Shown: positions 9,399-19,599, numbered from the stretch's first letter. The stretch: DNA of 64,000 bases from an uncultured cyanobacterium (GCA_963793425.1 CAWCAG010000007.1:832001-896000), one strand, 5' to 3'. The notes: generated by a model from the sequence alone, not told the origin. Numbers and translations are program-made.

Positions 9399-11123
9399 AT
9401 GATCTCTAAATTATCAACTCTATTTCAACAACACTCAACCCGTAAAACCTACTTAATTGAATTTATTTTAATTCTGGGTTTAATATTAGCAACTATCCTC
9501 ATTAATCTCCGCATGATACGCTACGGAATTAGTGGTTTGGGTGATTTTAGATGGCATATTACCTGGATTCAGCATTTCTCAACTCAACTGAGGGAAGGCA
9601 TCTGGTATCCTCGCTGGCTTGCTGGTACGAATTACGGTTATGGTAGCCCTACCTTTGTTTTCTATCCGCCTCTCATTTATTATCTTGGTTCAGGCTTAAA
9701 ACTTTTGGGTTTAAATATTGATCAAACCCTGGCTATTCTCTTTTCTACTGCCCTTTTCTTATCTGGTTTAACTTTTTATATTTTTGCTCGTCATAAATGG
9801 GGGCAAATTCCTGCTTTTATAGCTGCTTTGTGCTACATGACTTGCCCTGGCATTATTTCCCTTATTAACGGAGGAACGCTTGCTTTTTTGTTCTCTGCAC
9901 CTTTAATACCTTTAGGGTTTTACTTAACAAATAAAGCTATTCATGAGCCGAAATGGAGAATTCCTCTCAGCCTTTCTTGGTCTGTATTAGCTCTAACCCA
10001 CGTTCCCAGTTTGCTCCTTTATACAATAGCTTGGTTTGTTTATTTAGGATTTCTAATTAGAAAGAATAACTGGCAGTCTATTATCTTAACTACCTTAACT
10101 ACAGGAGTTGGTTTTGGCTTAGTTTCTTTATATCTTTTACCAGCAACCCTAGAGAAATCCGGGGTTAATGTTGAGTATATGAAAAGTTCGAGGGGAACGT
10201 TTCAAGAAAAAATGCTCGATGTTTCCCAAATGCTTAGCGGTGGGCTATCAGATATAATTTTTAAGCAATTGTTAGCAGTTGCTGCTTTTGCCATAATTTG
10301 TTTCTTCATCTCTTCTCGAAATAGAGAAATAGCTAAGCAAGCTGGGCTTTGGTTAATTTATGTCTTGATAGTATTATTTTTTATTAGTGAATGGTCTTGG
10401 CCGGTTTGGAGTTTAAGTGAAACTTTACAACAAGTACAAAGTTCTTGGAGACTAGGATTTCTGTTCTATTTTGGACAAGCTGCCTTATGCGGCTTAGCAG
10501 TAAAAGGGATTTTGAATCTACGCTTACGGTACAGAATTTTCCCCTTAGTGTTAATTTTAACAATCATTTTTGCCAACTTCCATTTTGGTTATAAAATGAC
10601 TCGTAAATTTCCAGCTATTAATAGCCCCGGAGGAGGAGAAATTCCTTTAGGCGAATGGATTGAAACAGCACTTTATGACCCCTACTCAGAAAAATTAGTT
10701 GATGTACCTGAGTATGTTCCTTTATTAGAAAATGGCAATCATGCACCTTATCCAAAAATAGACCAACCTAAAGTTAGTCTTGTTGAGGGTAGGGGAGATT
10801 TTCAAATTAGCAAATGGGCTAGTTATCAAAGACTAATTCAAGTAAATGCAGAAGAAAAATCTCTACTGAAAGTTAGGACTTACTATTATCCAGGTTGGCA
10901 TTTATATGTTAATGATCAGCCGGAAGATATTGAGGTTTTGCCAGACGGAACTATGGGTATTAATATAGAACCTGGTTCATCTTTGATTAAGCTAAAATAT
11001 CAACAAACGCCAGTTTTTCAACTAGGTATCTTATTCAGTATCTTGAGTGTTTTTGCTTTCATTGGTTTCAGCTTAATTAATCTTCGAACTAGTACCAAAA
11101 TTTCTAAACACGAACCTAATTAG
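9399..11123 (+). CDS. Polytopic membrane protein, GT-C fold glycosyltransferase-like (YfhO/PTPS-related family)
   Basis: YPRWL...GYGSPTFVFYPPL motif, many TM segments, C-terminal YYPGW domain. Confidence 0.75.
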   Translation: MISKLSTLFQQHSTRKTYLIEFILILGLILATILINLRMIRYGISGLGDFRWHITWIQHFSTQLREGIWYPRWLAGTNYGYGSPTFVFYPPLIYYLGSGLKLLGLNIDQTLAILFSTALFLSGLTFYIFARHKWGQIPAFIAALCYMTCPGIISLINGGTLAFLFSAPLIPLGFYLTNKAIHEPKWRIPLSLSWSVLALTHVPSLLLYTIAWFVYLGFLIRKNNWQSIILTTLTTGVGFGLVSLYLLPATLEKSGVNVEYMKSSRGTFQEKMLDVSQMLSGGLSDIIFKQLLAVAAFAIICFFISSRNREIAKQAGLWLIYVLIVLFFISEWSWPVWSLSETLQQVQSSWRLGFLFYFGQAALCGLAVKGILNLRLRYRIFPLVLILTIIFANFHFGYKMTRKFPAINSPGGGEIPLGEWIETALYDPYSEKLVDVPEYVPLLENGNHAPYPKIDQPKVSLVEGRGDFQISKWASYQRLIQVNAEEKSLLKVRTYYYPGWHLYVNDQPEDIEVLPDGTMGINIEPGSSLIKLKYQQTPVFQLGILFSILSVFAFIGFSLINLRTSTKISKHEPN

Positions 11124-11662
11124 CTTTTAATCGCTTCTAAATAACTCTTTCTCAATTCCATAATTGTTGATTCAACTTGTTGCTCAATTAAATTAGGGTT
11201 ATCTCTGAATTGAACAATTTGTTCTCGACGTTGGCGCAAAGAAGCAATTTCTTCTTCTCCAAGGGCTTGCCCTTGAATTTCCCCTTTTTCAATTACTTCA
11301 TCTAGTTGAGATAAAGCATTACCATCTTGCAAGAGAGCTTCTAATTGTAATCTTTCCTCAAAAATAACTCCAATAAACTGGTGATATTTTAAAATCAATT
11401 GTAGGCGCGTTTCTGCTGCTTTATATTCTTCTTCTTTACCTAACTTAGTAAGAATTTGGCTCTTACCGTACCAAGAAATAATATCATGAGGATAAATGGC
11501 GATCGCCTCTTCGCAAGCACCAAGAGATTGTTGTCCCTGTAGTTGAAGACATTGGGTAATTAAGTTATCGAAGTTGTTGTTTTCTTGAGCAAGTACACTA
11601 TTGCTAAAGGAGAAGCAAAATAGCATAGTTACGAGAATTATTTTTGTCAGTAGCTGTTTCAT
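11120..11662 (-). CDS. Secreted TPR-like hypothetical protein
   Basis: Signal peptide ending VLA-Q; ACEEAIAIYP...WYGKSQILTKLG resembles a TPR. Confidence 0.6.
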   Translation of the reverse strand: MKQLLTKIILVTMLFCFSFSNSVLAQENNNFDNLITQCLQLQGQQSLGACEEAIAIYPHDIISWYGKSQILTKLGKEEEYKAAETRLQLILKYHQFIGVIFEERLQLEALLQDGNALSQLDEVIEKGEIQGQALGEEEIASLRQRREQIVQFRDNPNLIEQQVESTIMELRKSYLEAIKS

Positions 11663-11719
11663 TTCTGTTGAATATTTAATGTATTAGCTTAACCAGTACG
11701 AAAATTGCTATAAATCAAT

Positions 11720-13801
11720 TCAAAAGTCGGCATACTCATCTTCTAAATCATGATCAAATGAAGGTTGGGGTAATTCTTTCTCCTCAAATGTTAATTCATC
11801 CCCAAGTTCAATAACTTCTCCTGAAAAAATCTCCGCTAAGCTTTTCGCTGTATTAGCAATTTCTTTTCTAGTCATTTCTGTGTTTGTTTCAGGAAGATTA
11901 GTTAAATATGAATTAGGAATATTTTCAGTTACTAGTGTTTCTTCCCTAATAATAGTAGAAGTTGCGCTTTTGATCTCTGAACTAGGGACATTACTAATGG
12001 GAGTTTCTTCTTTGACAACAGTAGGAGTAGTGATTTCAAGAGGAGAAGGTTCTTGTGGAGGAGCTTTTTTTACCTCTTCCTTGGTAGGCAAAGCTGTTTG
12101 AGCTAAGTTGTCTATCTCTCTAGTTAAATTAGGATTACTTAGAGGTTGTTGCGGCGGCTTTTCTACAGCTTTAGGAGGGGTTTGCGAAAAATTTGCCTTC
12201 CCTTGAGGAGTTACTTTGTTGCCTATTTGAAAACGAACAGTTACTTGCTGATTATAAAGCTTTTTAAAGGCTTTTTCTATACCATCTTTTCTGCCTTTAG
12301 CAATATCTAGTAAAGTTTGGTTTTTAGCAGTTATAATTGCCGAAGAAGCAGTTAAACTAATTAAATTACAGTGATCTTTCAATAAGGATTGTGTTGTCGG
12401 CACTAGACATTCAATTATTTTGTGCCAAATTTCTAGCAAGTCTGCTGAATCATTAGTTGTTGCTTGAGAAGTTATTTGAGGAATAGAACCTGGTTTTTCA
12501 GGGGCTGGTTGAGGAGTTTGAGGTTTATTATTACTAACTGGTTGAGGAGGGGGAGTCTGTTTATTAGTATTTGTCTGCTGGGTATTTGTAGTTGCTTGCG
12601 GAGTAGAAGTTTGTTGATTAGGGAGTGGTTTATTAGTATTTGTTTGTTGCGTATTTGTAGTTGCAGGACGATTATTTATTAGTTGTTGATTGTTGGTGTT
12701 TGTTGGTGTTGCCATCGCTGAAGGTAACAAACTCAACAAAGTCACTTCTAACCAAAGACGAGGTTGAGTTGTATTTTTTATTTGTACTTCGCTATCTTTT
12801 AAATGCTGTTGACCCTGTAAAATTCTCTGAATATGCCAATGTTGTGCTTCGGTACATAAAGCTTGCCAAGTAAGAGCAGTAACTGCTACCATTTCTGAAC
12901 TATGAGGAGAAGTTTTTGCTATTAAAAGATTAAGATAAAATCCCGCTAAATTTTGCAAAACCACTAACGGTTCCCTACCTCTATTTAATAAGTTACGGCA
13001 TTGCTTAATAACAGTTTCGGGTTGATCGGAATTAATAGCTTGGAGTAAGTCAAATAAATCTCGTTCAGGAACAGCACCAACTAAATCCCAAACTTTTTCA
13101 ACAGTAATTTCTCCTGTCAATAAACTTAACTGATCTAAAAGACTTTCCGCATCCCTCAAACCTCCATTAGCAATTTGCCCCACAATAGTAATTGCTTCTA
13201 GGTTAATATTAATATTCTCTTCAATAGCAATCTTTTCTAAATGACTCACCATTGCTTCTAAAGCAATGCGACGGAAATCGAAACGCTGACAACGAGAAAT
13301 GATGGTTGAAAGCACTCTTTGAGGATCGGTAGTAGCTAGAACAAAAACCACTCGCCCAGGAGGTTCTTCTAAGGTTTTCAGCAAAGCATTAAATGCTGCT
13401 GTGCTGAGCATATGAACCTCATCAATGATATAAATCTTATAGCGACAACGAACCGGAGCAAATTGCGATCGCTCAATAATATCACGAATGTTATCAACCC
13501 CTGTATTACTCGCGGCATCAATTTCAATGACATCTAAAGCCAAACCATCAGCAATTTGTCTACATACTTCACATTTTCCGCAAGGATTTGGGGTTGGTTT
13601 TTGACTAGCTATACAATTAAGAGATTTAGCAAAAATCCGCGCTGAAGAAGTTTTTCCTGTCCCTCTTGGCCCTGTAAACAAGTAAGCAGGAGCAATTTTT
13701 TGGGTCAAGATCGCATTAGTTAAAGTAGTTGAGATCGCCTCTTGCCCAACCAATTCAGCAAAGGTTTGAGGGCGGTACTTATGATGTAAAGGGTTATACA
13801 T
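11720..13801 (-). CDS. dnaX: DNA polymerase III subunit gamma/tau
   Basis: KYRPQTF, Walker A GPRGTGKT, zinc motif PCGKCEVC, DEVHML, SRC motif; long Pro/Thr/Gln/Asn linker. Confidence 0.96.
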   Translation of the reverse strand: MYNPLHHKYRPQTFAELVGQEAISTTLTNAILTQKIAPAYLFTGPRGTGKTSSARIFAKSLNCIASQKPTPNPCGKCEVCRQIADGLALDVIEIDAASNTGVDNIRDIIERSQFAPVRCRYKIYIIDEVHMLSTAAFNALLKTLEEPPGRVVFVLATTDPQRVLSTIISRCQRFDFRRIALEAMVSHLEKIAIEENININLEAITIVGQIANGGLRDAESLLDQLSLLTGEITVEKVWDLVGAVPERDLFDLLQAINSDQPETVIKQCRNLLNRGREPLVVLQNLAGFYLNLLIAKTSPHSSEMVAVTALTWQALCTEAQHWHIQRILQGQQHLKDSEVQIKNTTQPRLWLEVTLLSLLPSAMATPTNTNNQQLINNRPATTNTQQTNTNKPLPNQQTSTPQATTNTQQTNTNKQTPPPQPVSNNKPQTPQPAPEKPGSIPQITSQATTNDSADLLEIWHKIIECLVPTTQSLLKDHCNLISLTASSAIITAKNQTLLDIAKGRKDGIEKAFKKLYNQQVTVRFQIGNKVTPQGKANFSQTPPKAVEKPPQQPLSNPNLTREIDNLAQTALPTKEEVKKAPPQEPSPLEITTPTVVKEETPISNVPSSEIKSATSTIIREETLVTENIPNSYLTNLPETNTEMTRKEIANTAKSLAEIFSGEVIELGDELTFEEKELPQPSFDHDLEDEYADF

Positions 13802-13908
13802 TTATCATTAAACATTTATCATTTATCATTAAATACTTATACCTATTACTTATTACTTATTACCTATCACTTATTACCTATTACCTATTACTTATTACCT
13901 ATTACTTA
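13801..13908. repeat. Heptamer short tandem repeats (TTATCAT and yTATTAC) filling the gap between the TVP38 gene and dnaX
   Basis: tttatcattaaacatttatcatttatcat...cctattacttattacttattacctatcacttattacctattacctattac. Confidence 0.9.
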
Positions 13909-14576
13909 CCAGACTCCCTTTCCTCCAACTCCTTCTGCGGAGACTGGCGACGGCGGCGATACCAGGTGGCACAGGCTACAAGCATTCCTGTTAAGGTAAA
14001 AGCGAACATCAAAGGGAGAATATTTCCCTGTTTTAACGACTGTAAGCCAGAACCCATCATTACAAAAGGTAAAATCCCTGGAACTGTTCCCAGTAGAGTT
14101 CCTATTATATAATCGCGGAAACGAATTGAAGTTAAACCCGCAGCAAAATTAACAATGCCATAGGGAATAAGGGGTAGCAAGCGAATAGCGAACATATAAA
14201 ACAAGCCCCCTTGACGCATTTCTGCGTCAATTGCTTCCCATCTTCCAGCTAACTTTTGGGCAACAAAATCTCTGCCGATGGTACGGGTAAAGGCAAAGGA
14301 AACCACAGCCGCAACTAGTGCGGCGACAGTTGTCCATAAAGTACCTTCCCAAAGTCCAAAAATTGCTCCCCCACTTAAATTTAAGGGAGTAGAAGGCAAA
14401 ATTAGCAAAGTTCCGACAGTATAAAGCACAATATAAATAATTGGGGCCCAAATTCCTGCTGCTTCTAGCCAGGCTTGAATTTGTGCTTCATCTATTCCCC
14501 CTAAAAGCACAATGCCTAATCCTGTGGCAATGATGCAAACAATAATCAAAATTAAAAAGCTCGTTTTTAGTTTCAA
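13902..14576 (-). CDS. TVP38/TMEM64 (DedA/VTT superfamily) membrane protein
   Basis: LPSTPLNLSGGAIFG and IRLLPLIPYGIVNFAAG motifs. Confidence 0.9.
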   Translation of the reverse strand: MKLKTSFLILIIVCIIATGLGIVLLGGIDEAQIQAWLEAAGIWAPIIYIVLYTVGTLLILPSTPLNLSGGAIFGLWEGTLWTTVAALVAAVVSFAFTRTIGRDFVAQKLAGRWEAIDAEMRQGGLFYMFAIRLLPLIPYGIVNFAAGLTSIRFRDYIIGTLLGTVPGILPFVMMGSGLQSLKQGNILPLMFAFTLTGMLVACATWYRRRRQSPQKELEERESGK

Positions 14577-14708
14577 AATAATCTTCCCGCCAGCATAGAT
14601 GATAGTTTGACTAAAGTAAGAGAAAAGAGGCCTTGTTCAAGAATTTATATTTGTCACTTGCTCTTTCAAAGAAGTTGAGAAAATGACTTAATTGAAAGTG
14701 TCAAAAAG

Positions 14709-15692
14709 CTACAACTTTTGTTTGGTTTCGACACTTCTATTTTCTTCTTCAAAACCATAGGATTCTCTAACAAAATAGAGAGGGCGTGCTTTAACCTCTT
14801 CATAAACACGACCTAAATATTCACCGATTACCCCCAAAGTGATCAGTTGAATTCCTCCAAAAAAGAGAATCATCACTAAAGTTGAAGCATAACCCGGTAC
14901 GTCAACATAGCCACGAATGATAATACGAATAATCAAAAACGAAGCATATAAAAAAGCAACCGAAGAAATAGATAATCCCACATAAGTCCAAATTTTTAAA
15001 GGTGCAGAACTAAAAGAAGTAATCCCATCAATAGCAAAATTCCATAACTTCCAATAATTCCAAGAAGTTGTTCCTTTATGGCGTTGAGGGCGATCAAATA
15101 ATACCGAAGTTTGCTTAAAGCCTACCCAAGCAAACATCCCTTTCATAAAGCGATTTCTTTCTGGCATTTGTTTTAAAGCTTCTATCACTCGCCGATCAAT
15201 TAAGCGAAAATCTCCGGTATTAGCGGGAATTTGAGTTTTGCTAATTTTGCCAATTACTCGATAAAATCCTGAAGCTGTAAAATTTTTCACCCAACCCTCT
15301 TCTCTAACACGGCGAGTCGCATAAACCACATCATAACCTTCTCGCCATTTTGCTACTAATTCTCCAATTAATTCGGGAGGATCTTGTAAATCTGCATCAA
15401 TAGGAATAGCGGCTGCACCCCTGCTATAATCTAATCCAGCACTGAGAGCAACTTCTTTACCAAAATTACGAGAAAAGTTAATCGTTTTAATTCTAGGATT
15501 GCGTTGATTATGCTCCTTTAAATGTTGCAGACTATTATCTTGACTCCCATCATTAATACAAATAATCTCATAATTAGTATCAAGATTTTCTAATACCGAT
15601 TCGAGCCGTTCAAATAAATAATCAAGATTGTCTTCCTCATTATAAATAGGAATAATGATTGAAAGTTCTATTTTAGTTATGTCATCAAGCAT
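14709..15692 (-). CDS. GtrB-like polyprenyl-phosphate glycosyltransferase (GT2)
   Basis: IIPIYNEE, DGSQD, SRNFGKE, IDADLQDPP, two C-terminal TM helices, GEYLGRVYEEVKARP. Confidence 0.92.
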   Translation of the reverse strand: MLDDITKIELSIIIPIYNEEDNLDYLFERLESVLENLDTNYEIICINDGSQDNSLQHLKEHNQRNPRIKTINFSRNFGKEVALSAGLDYSRGAAAIPIDADLQDPPELIGELVAKWREGYDVVYATRRVREEGWVKNFTASGFYRVIGKISKTQIPANTGDFRLIDRRVIEALKQMPERNRFMKGMFAWVGFKQTSVLFDRPQRHKGTTSWNYWKLWNFAIDGITSFSSAPLKIWTYVGLSISSVAFLYASFLIIRIIIRGYVDVPGYASTLVMILFFGGIQLITLGVIGEYLGRVYEEVKARPLYFVRESYGFEEENRSVETKQKL

Positions 15693-15843
15693 AAGTAGGA
15701 AAAAGCCAAATTACTATCGAAACTGTTATGAGTAACTACCGATATTTACTATTTGAACTTATCAAAATATTTTTTTCTTCTCCCCTATCTTGTTGATTCA
15801 ATCTTTAAGTCAGGCAATAAAAAGCTATTCTCAACCATAACTA

Positions 15844-16494
15844 ATGGCTAATAAAGACCCCAACCGTATCTTAAGATTACTTCCTCTCTATGTCGGTGGA
15901 TTGGGAGGAACATTACTATTAATTAATCGTTTAGTTACACCACAACTAACTTCTAGCCAGTCTCGTGCCGATGTTTTGGGGGTTATCCTTAGTGCCGTAC
16001 TGATTTTAACAGGTTTGCTTTGGCAACAAGTACAACCGCGTTCCCCTGATGCGGTGGAGTTAATTGGGGTTGAAGGCTTTGAGATTAAGCCCGATTTACC
16101 GGAAGAAGTAAAAACAGAGTTAGCTTGGGCAACTCATTTAATTTTGACAAATACTGCCACGCGATCGCTGGTGGTTTGGTACAAAGAGGAAGTTTTGCTA
16201 CGCAGAGGGATTTTGAGCAGTAACCCTGATGTTAAACCAGGAAAAATTCTCACAAGGGTCTTAGATAGCCAGAAACCTATTTATTTGGTTAGGTTAGATT
16301 TATACCCAGGGAAAATTGAGTTTACTTACTTGCCAGAGAACACACAAGGGGTGATTTGTCAACCTTTAGGAAACCAAGGCGCAATGATATTGGGGGCAAA
16401 TGCTCCCCGCAGCTATACGAAACAAGATGAAAAATGGCTAGAGGCGATCGCCGAGAAATTAAGCGTTACCTTAGCTGCTAATTTTCCAGACTAA
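15844..16494 (+). CDS. Cofactor assembly of complex C subunit B (CCB4/CCB2-like, cytochrome b6f heme ci maturation)
   Basis: Two N-terminal TMs with SSQSRADVL, then a GAF-like domain (YLPENTQGVICQP). Confidence 0.75.
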   Translation: MANKDPNRILRLLPLYVGGLGGTLLLINRLVTPQLTSSQSRADVLGVILSAVLILTGLLWQQVQPRSPDAVELIGVEGFEIKPDLPEEVKTELAWATHLILTNTATRSLVVWYKEEVLLRRGILSSNPDVKPGKILTRVLDSQKPIYLVRLDLYPGKIEFTYLPENTQGVICQPLGNQGAMILGANAPRSYTKQDEKWLEAIAEKLSVTLAANFPD

Positions 16495-17365
16495 CCCCTG
16501 CTATCTCCAGGATTTGAGGAATCAAATCTTCTCGCTTAACTGCCATCATATGTACTCCCTGGCATAAATCTTTAGCTAAGCTTACTTGTTCGGCGGCAAT
16601 TTTTATACCTTCAGAGAGGGGATCTTTGGCTGCCCCTAAGCGTTCGATAGTTTCTTGGGGAATATCTACCCCAGGAACGTAGCGATTAATAAAGTTGGCA
16701 TTTTTCGCTGACTTAAGCAGAAAAATTCCTGCTAAGATAGGTTGTTCTATACCGACAGCTACTTGAGACATAAACTTTTCTAACTTATCAAAATCACTAA
16801 TTAACTGACTTTGGAAAAATTGCGCCCCGGCTGCTAACTTATGCTCAAAGCGGCGCTGTATTGCTGATAACTTCATTTGTGGATCTACTGCTGCACCGGG
16901 AAATAAATCTGTAGCTGCATCAGGAAGGGATTTATCATTACTATCCACACCACTATTGAGTTTGCTAATCACTTTTAGTAAACGCACCGCCTCAAGGTCA
17001 AATACAGACTTAGCTTTAGGATAATCCCCAGCCTTAACCGGATCTCCTGTCAGGGCTAAGATATTACGAATACCTAAACCATGAGCCCCCATTAAATCTG
17101 CTTGTAAACCGATACAATTGCGATCGCGACAAGCTATTTGACAAATGGGTTCGATTCCCTGTTGTAATAAAATTGCTGAAGCAGCCACAGAAGACATTCT
17201 CAGCACCGCACGACTACCATCGGTAACATTTACCGCATGAACTTTTCCTTTGAGAAGACGTGCCATGGCTAACATTCGTTCTGGATTGCTTCCCTTCGGA
17301 GGTGTCACCTCAGCAGTAATGAGAAATTCTTTGTTTTTAACAGCGCTGCGAAAACGATTGGTCAT
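16478..17365 (-). CDS. metF: Methylenetetrahydrofolate reductase
   Basis: TAEVTPPKG, NVTDGS, ACRDRN, LALTGDP, GAQFFQSQ. Confidence 0.9.
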   Translation of the reverse strand: MTNRFRSAVKNKEFLITAEVTPPKGSNPERMLAMARLLKGKVHAVNVTDGSRAVLRMSSVAASAILLQQGIEPICQIACRDRNCIGLQADLMGAHGLGIRNILALTGDPVKAGDYPKAKSVFDLEAVRLLKVISKLNSGVDSNDKSLPDAATDLFPGAAVDPQMKLSAIQRRFEHKLAAGAQFFQSQLISDFDKLEKFMSQVAVGIEQPILAGIFLLKSAKNANFINRYVPGVDIPQETIERLGAAKDPLSEGIKIAAEQVSLAKDLCQGVHMMAVKREDLIPQILEIAGVSLEN

Positions 17366-17584
17366 ACTAGATTGGTGTTGAGTGGCATGACTTATCTGTT
17401 ATGGGAGGAAGTGGGGAGCGGGGAGTAGGGAGCAGAATTTGAGAAGTTCATTCCTGGATTTTGTAAGGGTACTTCAGTACCCGGACTTGATATCATACCA
17501 TATCGGTGTTTAGTAGCACAGGTTATTTGTGAGAGTAGGGAGTAGGAAGTTTTGTGGCGAATTTATTGTAACCGGATTGAGTAT
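17364..17584. mobile_element. Two tandem copies (17364-17493 and 17495-17584) of a MITE-like repeat with imperfect terminal inverted repeats
   Basis: Left ends ATACTAGATTGGTGTTGAGT and ATACCATATCGGTGTTTAGT; internal TTATyTGT plus GGGAG repeats; right ends CCGGACTTGATAT and CCGGATTGAGTAT; related copies at 19616, 22233 and 24639. Confidence 0.6.
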
Positions 17585-17631
17585 CATTGTTTGATCTAAA
17601 TAAAAGCTTATTATATATTTTGGTTAAAAAT

Positions 17632-17661
17632 GTAGAGACGTTCTGTTCAGAACATCTCTAC
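17632..17661. repeat. REP-like palindrome (GTAG type), possible terminator or stabiliser downstream of glmM
   Basis: GTAGAGACGTTCTG-TT-CAGAACATCTCTAC, 14-bp stem with one mismatch. Confidence 0.7.
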
Positions 17662-17677
17662 GGGGTAACAATTGCCA

Positions 17678-19147
17678 TTAAGCTAGATACTTTTGTACTT
17701 CGAGAACTAGCTGTTCGCTCCAATGACAAGCAATAGCAGCGTCAACAGCTTCTACCATTACTCTAATTACTGGTTCAGTCCCTGAAGCACGAACTAAAAT
17801 CCTACCTTGATCGGCCATTTCTCTTTCTGCATGGGCTATCGCGTTTTGTACAGGTTCGCAATCTTGCCAATTAAGACGGCGATCGCGGTTTTCTACTCGC
17901 ACGTTACGTAGTAGTTGGGGATAGGTTTTAAAGCTATTATCCACAAGTTCAGCTAAAGAAACTTCTGATTGCCTTACCACCGAAGCAATATGTAATGCTG
18001 TTTGTACCCCATCTCCAGAATAACTGTAATGGTGACAAATCACATGGCCAGATTGTTCTCCCCCCAACATAGCCCCTGTGTTAAACATTTCGGCTTGAAC
18101 GTGCTTATCCCCAACTTGAGTCCGAAGCATCTCGCCCCCTAGCTTTTGCCAAGCTTTTTCAAAGCCTAGATTAGCCATAACTGTAGCGATTAGTAAGTTA
18201 TCAGGCAATTCTCCTCTTTCTTTTAAGTCCTTGCCCCAAAGATAAAGGATATAATCCCCATCCACAGCCCTACCTTGATTATCCACTGCCATTACCCGAT
18301 CCGCATCTCCATCAAAAGCAAAGCCTAAATCTGCTTGATGGCGAACAACAGCTTTTTGCAAAATATCTAAATGAGTCGAACCACAATTGACATTAATGCG
18401 ATTCCCGTCTGGTTGTTCATGTAAGCAAATTACTTCTGCTCCCATCGCTTCAAATACTGAAGGGGCAAGGGCTACAGAAGCTCCCCAAGCCAAGTCTAGG
18501 ACAACGCGCATTCCCGACAAACTTTGTTGAGGAGGTAGAGAGCGTTGCAAAGACTCAATATAGTGGGCAAGTAAAGCCGGACGTTCATAACGTTTTCCCC
18601 AACTTAGGGATAAATCTGCTTGTCCATTAGTACCCCGCAGCCCTGCTTCAATTTCTTGGTTAGCAGCGGCTGATAATTTCGTTCCCTTAGCATTAAAAAA
18701 CTTGATACCATTATCCTGGGGAGGATTGTGGCTAGCAGAGATCATAATACCCCCAATGGCCTCTGTAATGCTGGTTAGGTAAGCGACACAAGGAGTTGGA
18801 CATAAACCAAGATGCCAAACTTCCACACCGGCTGAGGTTAAGCCAGCAGCCAAAGACATAGCCAGCATATCACTAGAGTTACGGGAATCTTGACCGACTA
18901 TAACGGGGCCAGATTCCTTTGTAGCAGCTTTCAAGACTTGCCCAGCCCAAAAACCAACTTGTAGAGCCAAAGGAGCATTTAGTAACTCTCCTGCCTTGCC
19001 TCGAATACCATCTGTACCAAATAAAGAGCCTTGGGGTAAATTTGCTAAGTTAGAGAAAAGACTAGTTGCTCTAGGTAGAGAATCAGTATACTTTTGCTGC
19101 ACATCCAAAGGACTTACTCGCTGAAAACGGGTAGGAGATGTAACCAT
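17678..19147 (-). CDS. glmM: Phosphoglucosamine mutase
   Basis: FGTDGIRG, phosphoserine motif ISASHNP, FDGDADR, GGEQSGH, RASGTEP. Confidence 0.95.
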   Translation of the reverse strand: MVTSPTRFQRVSPLDVQQKYTDSLPRATSLFSNLANLPQGSLFGTDGIRGKAGELLNAPLALQVGFWAGQVLKAATKESGPVIVGQDSRNSSDMLAMSLAAGLTSAGVEVWHLGLCPTPCVAYLTSITEAIGGIMISASHNPPQDNGIKFFNAKGTKLSAAANQEIEAGLRGTNGQADLSLSWGKRYERPALLAHYIESLQRSLPPQQSLSGMRVVLDLAWGASVALAPSVFEAMGAEVICLHEQPDGNRINVNCGSTHLDILQKAVVRHQADLGFAFDGDADRVMAVDNQGRAVDGDYILYLWGKDLKERGELPDNLLIATVMANLGFEKAWQKLGGEMLRTQVGDKHVQAEMFNTGAMLGGEQSGHVICHHYSYSGDGVQTALHIASVVRQSEVSLAELVDNSFKTYPQLLRNVRVENRDRRLNWQDCEPVQNAIAHAEREMADQGRILVRASGTEPVIRVMVEAVDAAIACHWSEQLVLEVQKYLA

Positions 19148-19160
19148 AATTTAATTAAAT

Positions 19161-19175
19161 TCCTCACACAACACT
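19161..19175 (-). promoter_or_regulatory. Putative Yfr1 sRNA target site in the glmM 5' leader
   Basis: mRNA reads AGUGUUGUGUGAGGA 14-28 nt upstream of the AUG, complementary to the conserved Yfr1 motif ACUCCUCACAC. Confidence 0.6.
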
Positions 19176-19302
19176 TTCACAGTGGAGGATAACACTTTCT
19201 TTAAGAATCTCAGAAATTGTTATCCTCTACTGTTTTACAGATGCACCCATTTTAATTATTTACACAATACCAAGTTAAACATCCGGGGCAATATAAACTC
19301 CG

Positions 19303-19599
19303 TCATACTCCCACTGCTGTTAACAAGCCTTCCATTTCCTGCCAACCAAGTCCTTGTTGAATGTAACGCATCGCTTCCGGGTTATAGGGGGCATGGACTC
19401 GATCAATTGTCATAATTTCGGCTTCTTTTGGCAGCAAAGGAACATCAGGATCAAATGCCGTTGTGTACATCAAGGAGCTAGAAAAGCCCTTAAAAATAAC
19501 AATACAGTCTTCTTTTTTCGCAACTTTTGCTGTAACAATCAATACTTCACCAGGACATTTAATTGTATAATCTTCCAAGCGTTTGCCCTTGTTGTTCAT
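19303..19599 (-). CDS. Conserved small hypothetical protein
   Basis: VIFKGFSSSLM..TAFDPDVPLLP..IDRVHAPYNP, a motif typical of a cyanobacterial/plastid family. Confidence 0.75.
   Translation of the reverse strand: MNNKGKRLEDYTIKCPGEVLIVTAKVAKKEDCIVIFKGFSSSLMYTTAFDPDVPLLPKEAEIMTIDRVHAPYNPEAMRYIQQGLGWQEMEGLLTAVGV

Noticed and set aside
12555..12670. Duplicated ATTNTQQTNTNK segment in dnaX
   Set aside because: Ordinary low-complexity linker duplication
13400..13440. Possible DnaX intein, as found in some cyanobacteria
   Set aside because: The site reads IIDEVHML continuously, with no insertion and no Cys/Ser/Thr at the expected +1 position
13729..14112. 127-aa plus-strand ORF with LITYYLLLITYY repeats
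   Set aside because: Translation of the heptamer tandem repeat, antisense to dnaX and the TVP38 gene
17364..17584. Repeat-spacer appearance suggesting a CRISPR array
   Set aside because: Units are degenerate, few and of unequal length, the interiors are tandem repeats, and no cas genes are present; I saw no CRISPR array anywhere in the window
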